Under the pieces are notes generated by a model that was not told the DNA's origin, did not search any database, and saw only the letters and a list, made by a program, of their open reading frames with translations. A stretch of DNA of 32,000 bases from Propionibacterium ruminifibrarum (GTDB taxonomy: Bacteria > Actinomycetota > Actinomycetes > Propionibacteriales > Propionibacteriaceae), in assembly GCF_900289195.1 (NCBI RefSeq), contig NZ_OMOH01000003.1:60001-92000 (forward strand). Direction: 5' to 3'. Numbering within the stretch: the first letter of the stretch is position 1; every line of letters begins with the position of its first letter. Shown in pieces: positions 25,701-32,000 of the stretch. The position numbers were made by a program, and so were the translations under genes.

Positions 25701-27080
25701 TCAGCCCGTTGCGTTGGGCAGCCAGACGCTGGACCAGCCGATGAGCGGTTCGCCCCAGCCGGCCGACGGGGTGTCGAGCGAGATCATCCCGACACCGCCG
25801 TTCGCGGCGCCGTTGGAGTAGATCATGCCGTTGCCCGCGTACATGGCCACGTGCCCGAACGGGTTGCCCGCGGGGGTGCCGTCGTACCAGACGAGGGCGC
25901 CCACCGGGATGTTCGAGGTGTCGTACTGCATCTGGCCGGCGGCCATGATCGTGGCCGCGGCGTCCGTGGCGGAGTTCACGCCGGAGCTGGAGTAGCCGTA
26001 GAAGGCGGCGACCAGGGCCAAGCACATGTTGCCGTAGCGCATGTCACCCTCCATGGCCTGGGCCGTCGCGACGGCCTGGTCGACGCTGTACGGGGCGAGC
26101 TGCCCGGGCGCGATGTTCGTCGTCAGCCAGCTGGAGCCCGCCTCGACGTTCGCGCGGTTGGCCGCGGCGGCGGCCTCGGCGGCGGCTGCCGCGGCGGCCG
26201 CGTCACGGGCCTGGATCTGGCCGGCCAGGTCGCTGGCCTGGTTCTTCAGCGCATCGTTGCTGGCGACCGCCTGGTTGACGATGTCCTGCGCCGCGGCCAG
26301 GGCCGCCTGGTTGGCGTCGACCTTCTCCTGGACGGCTGCTGCGGCGTCGGCGGCGGCCTGCGAGGCCTCACGGGCCGCCGCGAGCTGCTCCACCGCGTTG
26401 TCGCGGGCGGTCTGGGCGTCGTTCTCGGCCTCCACCAGCGCGTCGCGCTTGGCCGAGAGCTCGTCGAGGGCGCTCTGGTAGGCCGCCACCTTGGTCTGGG
26501 TGGCCGAGAGGGACTGGTTTGCCCACTGGTAGCGGTTGCTGATCTGGCTGGTCGAGCCGTCGCCCACGAGGAGGGCGATGCTCGTCAGGCCGGTGTTCTG
26601 CTGGGCGGCCTGGCTGGCGACCGCGCCGAGTTCCTGCTTGGCGTCGTCGACCTGGGTCTGGGCGTCGTCGACCCGCGCCTGGGCGGCCTTCCGGTTGCCC
26701 TGGGCCGTGGACAGCGCCTCGGCTGCGGCGTCGGCGGCGCTCTGGGCCTCGCCCGCGGCCTGTTCCGCCTTCTCGGCGGTCTGCTGGGCTGCGGAGAGCT
26801 CGTCGCGGGATGCGGTGAGGGCGCCCATCGCCGCATCGAGCGCCGCATAGCTGTCGGAGACAGTGCCGGAGGAGCTGGTGATCTGGTCCTGGAGCGCGGC
26901 GTACTGGTCGTCCAAGTCATCGGCCCGCGCCTCGACGGCGCCCTGGGCCAGGAACATGACGGATACCACCGCGGCAGACAGTGCGGCTCGCACGGGACGC
27001 CTGTGTCGCCTCGTGCGAGAAGCCGTTCTCGAGTGGAGGGGAAGGTCCCGATTCACGGTTCTCTGCTTTCTGTTGTTCAT
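25701..27080 (-). CDS. Secreted coiled-coil protein with C-terminal papain-fold (NlpC/P60- or CHAP-type) peptidoglycan hydrolase domain (RipC/PcsB-like architecture)
   Basis: Start is ATG 27080 (MNNRKQRTVN...) with a basic region and a signal/TM segment (ALSAAVVSVMFLAQGAVEA). About 300 aa of Ala/Gln/Asp-rich heptad-like sequence follow, including a poly-Ala run. The C-terminal domain has a candidate catalytic Cys (YGNMCLALV) and His (FGHVAMYAGNGMIYSN). Confidence 0.75.
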   Translation of the reverse strand: MNNRKQRTVNRDLPLHSRTASRTRRHRRPVRAALSAAVVSVMFLAQGAVEARADDLDDQYAALQDQITSSSGTVSDSYAALDAAMGALTASRDELSAAQQTAEKAEQAAGEAQSAADAAAEALSTAQGNRKAAQARVDDAQTQVDDAKQELGAVASQAAQQNTGLTSIALLVGDGSTSQISNRYQWANQSLSATQTKVAAYQSALDELSAKRDALVEAENDAQTARDNAVEQLAAAREASQAAADAAAAVQEKVDANQAALAAAQDIVNQAVASNDALKNQASDLAGQIQARDAAAAAAAAEAAAAANRANVEAGSSWLTTNIAPGQLAPYSVDQAVATAQAMEGDMRYGNMCLALVAAFYGYSSSGVNSATDAAATIMAAGQMQYDTSNIPVGALVWYDGTPAGNPFGHVAMYAGNGMIYSNGAANGGVGMISLDTPSAGWGEPLIGWSSVWLPNATG

Positions 27081-27254
27081 GGGGGCGCCGGCAGCGGCCC
27101 GGCCGGCCCTCGTGGTCGCGGCGATCATGCGTCCATCCCCGCTGGTGGGCAGGGCGAACGACGACACGATGAGCGCCTGCGGCTCACGATAACTGCTGAG
27201 ACTGTGAAGCGGAAACGCCCCGCGCCGGCGTGGCGGAAGAGGCTAAAATGCTGC

Positions 27255-27409
27255 CGTCATCGAGTGCTCGCAGGAGCAGGGAATCCGGTGCGAGGCCGGA
27301 ACTGACGCGCAGCGGTATGGGTGACGCCGGGTCGGTGATCCACTGGGCAGGGCGCCTGGGAAGGACGGCCACGGCGGGTGATCCCGAGTCCGAAGACCGA
27401 TCGGTGACG
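27255..27409 (+). promoter_or_regulatory. Cobalamin (B12) riboswitch aptamer
   Basis: Conserved core blocks are recognisable: AGGGAAUCCGGUGCGAGGCCGGAACUGACGCGCAGCGGUA (27278-27317), CCACUGGG...CCUGGGAAGGAC (27340-27366), and the B12-box-like GAGUCCGAAGACCGAUCGG (27386-27404). A closing P1 helix pairs CGUCAUCGA (27255-27263) with UCGGUGACG (27401-27409), 9 bp including one G-U. A TAAAAT -10-like hexamer sits at 27244-27249. The aptamer lies 66 nt upstream of a BtuF/FecB-type binding-protein gene. Confidence 0.85.
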
Positions 27410-27475
27410 CGCTCCGAAGACGGGGCGCAGGCAACGGGTGCCGCGTACTCACCCCGACCTCGAAGGAGCACCGCC

Positions 27476-28513
27476 ATGGGGCGGACCATTTCCCGTACCA
27501 CCCGTGCCGGCGTCGTCGCCGGCTGCTTCCTGCTCGTCCTCGCGGGCTGCTCGTCGGGCTCGGAGGGCTCCGGTGACGCCTCGTCGGCGGCCAGCACCGC
27601 GGCCGGTTTCCCGGTGACGATGACCCGCTGCGGCCAGGAGCTGAGTTTCGACGCGCCGCCCGAGCGCACCGTCACCGTCAACCAGGCCTCCACCGAGATC
27701 CAGCTCGCCCTCGGCGTCCACGAGCACATGGTCGGCACCGCGGCCTGGTCCGATCAGGTGCTCGACGAGTACGCGGACGAGAACGCCGGCATCGAGCAGC
27801 TCGCCATGAACTACCCCTCGCTCGAGGCCGTGCTCGACAAGAACCCCGACCTGGTCACCGCGGCGTTCGAGTACACCTTCACCGACGAGGGCATCGCCGG
27901 CCAGGAGAGGTTCGCCGAACTCGGCGTCCCCGCGTACCTGCCCGAGTACGAGTGCACGATCGTCAACAACAACACGACCGGCGAGCACCTGGCGATGGAC
28001 GACATCTACCAGGAGATCCGCGACCTGGCCGCCATCCACGGGGTCGTCGGGCGCGGCGACGAACTCGTCGCCGAACTGCAGGCCCGGATGGACGCGGCCG
28101 CGCAGACCGCCCGGGACGCCGGCTCCGAGGGCAGGAGCGTCTTCTACTGGTACTCCTCCAACGAGGCCCCTTACAGCGCGGGCGGGATCGGCGCCCCGCA
28201 GATCGCCGCCGACACCGTCGGCGTCACCAACATCTACGCCGACTCCGACCAGGAGTGGCCGCAGGTGACCTGGGAGGACGTGGCGGCCAAGAACCCCGAC
28301 GTCCTCGTCCTCGGCGACCTCAAACGTGAGATGAACTCGGGCGACACCGCGGACGACAAGATCGCCTACCTCGAGTCCAACCCGGTCACGGCCCAGATGG
28401 ACGCGGTGCGCAACAGGCGTTACGTCATCGTGCCCGGCTCCTCGCTCGACCCGTCGATGCGCACCGTCGACCTCACCGAGGCCCTGGCCGGCGTCCTCGC
28501 CGAGTCCGCCTGA
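27476..28513 (+). CDS. ABC transporter substrate-binding lipoprotein, BtuF/FecB (periplasmic binding protein, PF01497-like) family, copy 1
   Basis: ATG 27476 follows GAAGGAG. The lipoprotein signal is VVAGCFLLVLAGC|SS. It is a paralog of the next gene. The ORF-track start at 27230 would translate through the riboswitch and is rejected. Confidence 0.8.
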   Translation: MGRTISRTTRAGVVAGCFLLVLAGCSSGSEGSGDASSAASTAAGFPVTMTRCGQELSFDAPPERTVTVNQASTEIQLALGVHEHMVGTAAWSDQVLDEYADENAGIEQLAMNYPSLEAVLDKNPDLVTAAFEYTFTDEGIAGQERFAELGVPAYLPEYECTIVNNNTTGEHLAMDDIYQEIRDLAAIHGVVGRGDELVAELQARMDAAAQTARDAGSEGRSVFYWYSSNEAPYSAGGIGAPQIAADTVGVTNIYADSDQEWPQVTWEDVAAKNPDVLVLGDLKREMNSGDTADDKIAYLESNPVTAQMDAVRNRRYVIVPGSSLDPSMRTVDLTEALAGVLAESA

Positions 28514-28619
28514 CCGTGCCCTGCGCCGAGCGTCCCGGACGGCCCGAGGGGCGCTCGGCGGCGGCCGTCACCGGAGACGGCGCCCCCACCCTGCGGGCCG
28601 GACCACAAGGAGGAACATC

Positions 28620-29657
28620 ATGCGTATCCGCACCCCGCTCGTCGCCCTGGCCGCCGCCTCGCTGCTGTTGGCCCAGGGCTGCTCCGGCGGCGAGGCCGCC
28701 TCGTCGCAGGCGTCCGGCTCCGCATCGGCCGGGTTCCCGCTGACGATCACCAACTGCGGCCGGGAGCTGCACTTCGACCAGGCGCCCGAGCGCACGGTCT
28801 CGCTCAACCAGTCGTCCACCGAGATCCAGCTCTCGCTCGGCGTCGCGGACCAGATGGTCGGCACCGCCACCTGGACCGACCCGGTGCTGGAGAACCTGGC
28901 CGAGGACAACGAGAAGATCGAGCGGCTGGCCGACAACAACGCCTCGCTCGAGACGGTGCTGTCCGTCAGCCCCGACTTCGTCTCGGCCTCGTTCCCCAAC
29001 ACCCTCGACGACACCGGCTCCGGCTCGTACCAGACCTACGCCGACCTCGGTGTGCCCGCCTATCTCGCCCCGAACCAGTGCGAGAAGGGCGACTCGGGCA
29101 ACGGCGACTCCGAGAAGTCCAAGCTGCTGGAGATGGACGACATCTACCAGGAGATCCGTGACCTGGCCGCCATCCACGGCGTGCCCGACAAGGGCGACGA
29201 GCTGGTCGGCTCGCTGCAGGACCGCCTCGACGCCGCCATCTCCGACGCCGGCGCCTCCGACGGCGACGATGTCACGGCGGCCTTCTGGTTCGCCAACTCC
29301 GAGTCCCCCTACGTCGCCGGCGGCACGGGCGCCTCGCAGATGATCTCCAACGACCTGAGCGTGACGAACGTCTACTCCGACGACGCCAAGGAGTGGCCGC
29401 AGGTGAGCTGGGAGGACCTGGCCGCCAAGAACCCCGACGTCCTGGTCATCGGCGACCTGACCCGCAAGTCGCAGACCGCCGAGACCGCCGACGCCAAGAT
29501 CGAGTACCTCAAGTCCAACCCGGTCACAGCCCAGATGGACGCGGTCCGCAACGAGCGGTTCATCATCGTCGCCGGCGGTGACATGAACCCGTCGATCCGC
29601 AACGTCGACCTCGCCGAGAAGCTGAGCGCCGGCATGAAGCAGTACGGGCTGCGATGA
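28620..29657 (+). CDS. ABC transporter substrate-binding lipoprotein, BtuF/FecB family, copy 2
   Basis: ATG 28620 follows GGAGGA. The lipobox is LLLAQGC|SG. It aligns end to end with copy 1 (AGFP.T.T.CG.EL.FD..PERTV..NQ.STEIQL.LGV...MVGTA.W.D.VL...). Its stop overlaps the permease start (ATGA, 29654-29657). Confidence 0.8.
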   Translation: MRIRTPLVALAAASLLLAQGCSGGEAASSQASGSASAGFPLTITNCGRELHFDQAPERTVSLNQSSTEIQLSLGVADQMVGTATWTDPVLENLAEDNEKIERLADNNASLETVLSVSPDFVSASFPNTLDDTGSGSYQTYADLGVPAYLAPNQCEKGDSGNGDSEKSKLLEMDDIYQEIRDLAAIHGVPDKGDELVGSLQDRLDAAISDAGASDGDDVTAAFWFANSESPYVAGGTGASQMISNDLSVTNVYSDDAKEWPQVSWEDLAAKNPDVLVIGDLTRKSQTAETADAKIEYLKSNPVTAQMDAVRNERFIIVAGGDMNPSIRNVDLAEKLSAGMKQYGLR

Positions 29658-30694
29658 GCCCACGAGGCGCTGCCCGCACCGGCCGACTCAACGCCGGGCT
29701 CGTCACGGCCGCCGGCGTCATCCTGCTCGCCGTCTCGGTGGTCACGGCCATCACCTTCGGCCCGGCCGACCTCACGATGGGCCAGGTGTGGTCGGTGCTG
29801 GCCCACGAACTGCACCTGGCCGGCGACCCGGGGCTGACGGCGCTCGAGGAGGCGATGGTCTGGCAGCTGCGCCTGCCGCGGGTGCTGCTGGCCGCCGCGT
29901 GCGGCGCCGCGCTGAGCATCTGCGGCGTCATCATGCAGTCGCTGCTGCGCAACCCGCTGGCCGAGCCCTATCTGCTCGGCGTCTCCTCCGGGGCCTCGGT
30001 GGGCGCCGTCGTCGTCCTCGTCATGGGCGTGGGGACGACGCTGGGTCTGTCGGGCGGCGCCTTCGTCGGCGCCCTCGCCGCCTTCGCGATCATGCTCACC
30101 CTGGCCCGGCTGGCCGGCGGCACGACGGACAAGATCGTGCTGTCCGGCGTGGCCGTCACCCAGGGCTTCTCGGCGCTCACCTCGTTCATCATCATGGTCG
30201 GCGCCGACGCGAACACCACGCGCGGCGTCCTGTACTGGCTCATGGGTTCGCTGGCCAGCGCCTCCTGGGCCGACGTGGCGCAGACCATGGCGGCCTTCGC
30301 CGTCATCATGGTGCTGGCCATGGGCATGGCCGGCTCGCTCGACGCCTTCACCTTCGGCGAGCGGCAGGCGGCGTCGCTGGGCGTGGCGGTGATGCGCACC
30401 CGGGTGAGCCTGCTCGTGCTCGCCGCGCTGCTCACCGCCATCGTCGTGGCGTCCAGCGGCGCCATCGGCTTCGTCGGCCTGGTGCTGCCGCACATGGCCC
30501 GCATGCTCGTCGGCACCCGACACCGCGGCGTGCTGCCGGTCTCGGCGGTGCTAGGAGCGATCTTCCTGTTGTGGGCCGACACGATCGCCCGCTCGGCCTT
30601 CGCCCCGCTCGAGGTGCCGGTCGGCGTCATCACCGCCATGGTCGGCGTGCCCGTGTTCGCGGCGCTGCTGGCCCGCAGGAGGGGATCACGATGA
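29654..30694 (+). CDS. FecCD/BtuC-family ABC transporter permease
   Basis: It is a ~345 aa polytopic protein with FecCD-type motifs (LRLPRVLLAAACGAALSICGVIMQSLLRNPLAEPYLLGVSSGAS, GAIGFVGLVLPHMARMLVG..HR, PVGVITAMVGVPVF). Confidence 0.85.
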   Translation: MSPRGAARTGRLNAGLVTAAGVILLAVSVVTAITFGPADLTMGQVWSVLAHELHLAGDPGLTALEEAMVWQLRLPRVLLAAACGAALSICGVIMQSLLRNPLAEPYLLGVSSGASVGAVVVLVMGVGTTLGLSGGAFVGALAAFAIMLTLARLAGGTTDKIVLSGVAVTQGFSALTSFIIMVGADANTTRGVLYWLMGSLASASWADVAQTMAAFAVIMVLAMGMAGSLDAFTFGERQAASLGVAVMRTRVSLLVLAALLTAIVVASSGAIGFVGLVLPHMARMLVGTRHRGVLPVSAVLGAIFLLWADTIARSAFAPLEVPVGVITAMVGVPVFAALLARRRGSR

Positions 30695-31494
30695 GACTCG
30701 AGGCGAAGGACGTCACCTGGTCGGCGGGCGGCACCGTCATCATCGACGGCATCGACGTGACCGCCATACCCGGGCACGTGCTGGGCCTGCTGGGCCCCAA
30801 CGGGGCCGGCAAGTCGACGCTCATGAACGCCCTGGCCAGGCTCGTCACGCCCGACCGCGGCGAGCTGAGCCTGGACGGTCGCCCCTATGCGCAGTGGGGC
30901 CGCCGCGAGATGGCCCGCACCCTGGTGGCCGTGCAGCAGCAGGCCGGCACCGACCAGGACGTGATCGTCGCCGACGTCATCGACCTGGGCCGCATCCCGC
31001 ACCGCAGCCGCTGGGCCGGCGTCAGCAGGCACGACCGCGAGGTCGCCGCCCGGGCCGCGCGCCTCACCGGTGTCGAGCACCTGATGCAGCGCCACTGGCA
31101 GACCCTGTCCGGCGGCGAGCAGCAGCGCGTGCAGCTCGCCCGGGCCTTCGCCCAGGAGGGCCGCATCATGCTGCTGGACGAGCCGACGAACCACCTCGAC
31201 ATCGCCCACCAGCTCGACGTGCTCGACCGGGTGAGGGCAACGGGGCTGACCGTCGTCGTCGCCCTGCACGACCTGAACCTCGCCGCCGCCTACTGCGACG
31301 AGGTGCTCGTGCTCAAGGGCGGGCGGGCCGTGCACTACGGGCCGCCGGCGCGGGTGCTCACCGCCGAGGTGGTGCGCGACGTCTACCGGGTCGAGGTGCG
31401 TGTGCTGCACCCCGACCCGGACGGCCCGCCCCTGTTCCAGTACCTGCGCGCCGACATCGACACTGGTGGGAAGGACACGCCGACGCCCGGGTGA
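30691..31494 (+). CDS. ABC transporter ATP-binding protein (FecE/BtuD-like)
   Basis: It has Walker A GPNGAGKST, a Q-loop, the signature LSGGEQQRV, Walker B IMLLDEPTNHLD and the H-loop ALHDLN. ATG 30691 overlaps the permease stop (ATGA). Confidence 0.9.
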   Translation: MRLEAKDVTWSAGGTVIIDGIDVTAIPGHVLGLLGPNGAGKSTLMNALARLVTPDRGELSLDGRPYAQWGRREMARTLVAVQQQAGTDQDVIVADVIDLGRIPHRSRWAGVSRHDREVAARAARLTGVEHLMQRHWQTLSGGEQQRVQLARAFAQEGRIMLLDEPTNHLDIAHQLDVLDRVRATGLTVVVALHDLNLAAAYCDEVLVLKGGRAVHYGPPARVLTAEVVRDVYRVEVRVLHPDPDGPPLFQYLRADIDTGGKDTPTPG

Positions 31495-31553
31495 GGAGGG
31501 CCGTGCCGAGGCCGCCGTCAGGAGGCGCTGCCGAGCCGCGAGGTGTCACCAAT

Positions 31554-31599
31554 CCTGGAGGCGGTAACACCGAACCCGAGTTTGGTGTCACCTCCCAGG
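31554..31599. terminator. Long imperfect hairpin in the convergent intergenic region (candidate bidirectional terminator)
   Basis: CCTGGAGG-C-GGTAACACC (31554-31571) pairs with GGTGTCACC-TCCCAGG (31584-31599), about 16 bp with one mismatch and one bulge and a 12-nt loop. There is no U tract. Confidence 0.35.
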
Positions 31600-31751
31600 G
31601 CATGTTGCCGCGTGAGCCGGCGGCGGGTTCGGAGGACCCGAGAAATGTCCTCGCCCGTATGCGGTCCGGCCTGGAGTCGCCGGCTTCGTTCCTCGGGTGC
31701 GGGGTCTTGCTCGGCCGGCGGCATTGGGTGAGAGGATTCCCGGGGAAGCGG

Positions 31752-32000
31752 CTACTGCTGGTCGGCCGGTGGTTCGGTGAAGCGCCGGCGGTAGGCGGTC
31801 GGGGTGGTGGCGAAGGCCGCGGTGAAGCGTTGCCGGAAGGTGATCGGGCTTGCGTACCCGCATGCGCGGGCGACACGGCTGATGGGCCAGTCGGTGGTCT
31901 CCAGCAGACGGCGGGCCTCGTCGAGACGGCACGACCTCAGCCACTCCCCGGGGCTGACGCCGAACTCCGCCTGGAATCGGCGAGCAAGATGACGCGGACT
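31752..32000 (-). CDS. AraC/XylS-family (GlxA-like) transcriptional regulator, C-terminal HTH part (5' end outside window)
   Basis: My own translation of the minus strand from 32000 gives SPRHLARRFQAEFGVSPGEWLRSCRLDEARRLLETTDWPISRVARACGYASPITFRQRFTAAFATTPTAYRRRFTEPPADQQ*. This is the typical second HTH of AraC-type regulators. It is absent from the ORF track because there is no start codon in the window. Stop TAG at 31752-31754. Confidence 0.8.
   Translation of the reverse strand, partial: SPRHLARRFQAEFGVSPGEWLRSCRLDEARRLLETTDWPISRVARACGYASPITFRQRFTAAFATTPTAYRRRFTEPPADQQ

Noticed and set aside
27081-27254. A possible c-di-AMP (ydaO-type) riboswitch upstream of the cell-wall hydrolase gene. 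Such leaders are common before actinobacterial wall hydrolases.
   Set aside because: The minus-strand leader contains CAGCGGGGAUGGA-like fragments. It lacks the hallmark blocks I remember (GGGGUGAAUC, CCGAACCCGUCAGCUAACCUCGUA) and is short. A covariance-model scan could overturn this.
31518-31724. A 68-aa ORF (-) and a 62-aa ORF (+, 31543-31731) in the 257-bp convergent intergenic region after the ABC operon, together with the twice-occurring GGTGTCACC motif (31542-31550, 31584-31592).
   Set aside because: GC3 of the minus ORF is only ~72% by my count, well below neighbouring genes. It has no RBS and no motifs. The repeated motif is part of the hairpin interpreted as a terminator.

Overview
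This is a high-GC (roughly 70%), densely coding window that looks like actinobacterial chromosome. I saw no tRNA, rRNA, CRISPR array, transposase or integrase. All product calls rest on motifs I recognise by eye, since no database search was possible.

Layout:
- Left flank (+ strand): feoB (5' end outside the window), an Nfu/NifU-type Fe-S carrier, a HerA-like/DUF853 P-loop ATPase, and galK.
- Core (- strand): the conserved cell-envelope Ser/Thr phospho-signalling operon fhaA-fhaB-pstP-rodA-pbpA-pknB. Most junctions abut or overlap stop and start codons. A second, non-PASTA kinase follows pknB.
- Upstream of fhaA (- strand): a ~5 kb surface-protein island, then a GH2 glycosidase.
- Next: a small Tat-signal ORF, a GT-C-like membrane protein, homocysteine S-methyltransferase, a zinc-ribbon/DUF4190-like membrane protein, a class-A beta-lactamase-like lipoprotein, and a coiled-coil papain-fold cell-wall hydrolase.
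- Right end: a cobalamin riboswitch (+) driving two tandem paralogous lipoprotein substrate-binding proteins, a FecCD-type permease and an ATPase, then the 3' end of a convergent AraC/GlxA-type regulator.

The most unusual region is the surface-protein island (14.4-19.2 kb). It holds three genes:
- an intact LPRTG-anchored adhesin-like protein;
- a paralog that stops exactly where the linker and sorting signal should begin;
- a small gene encoding only a signal peptide, a Cys/His motif, an S/T/P stalk and an LPRTG anchor.

The small gene shares a ~250 bp promoter/leader/signal-peptide module with the anchor-less paralog. It shares its 3' anchor and hairpin terminator type with the intact paralog.
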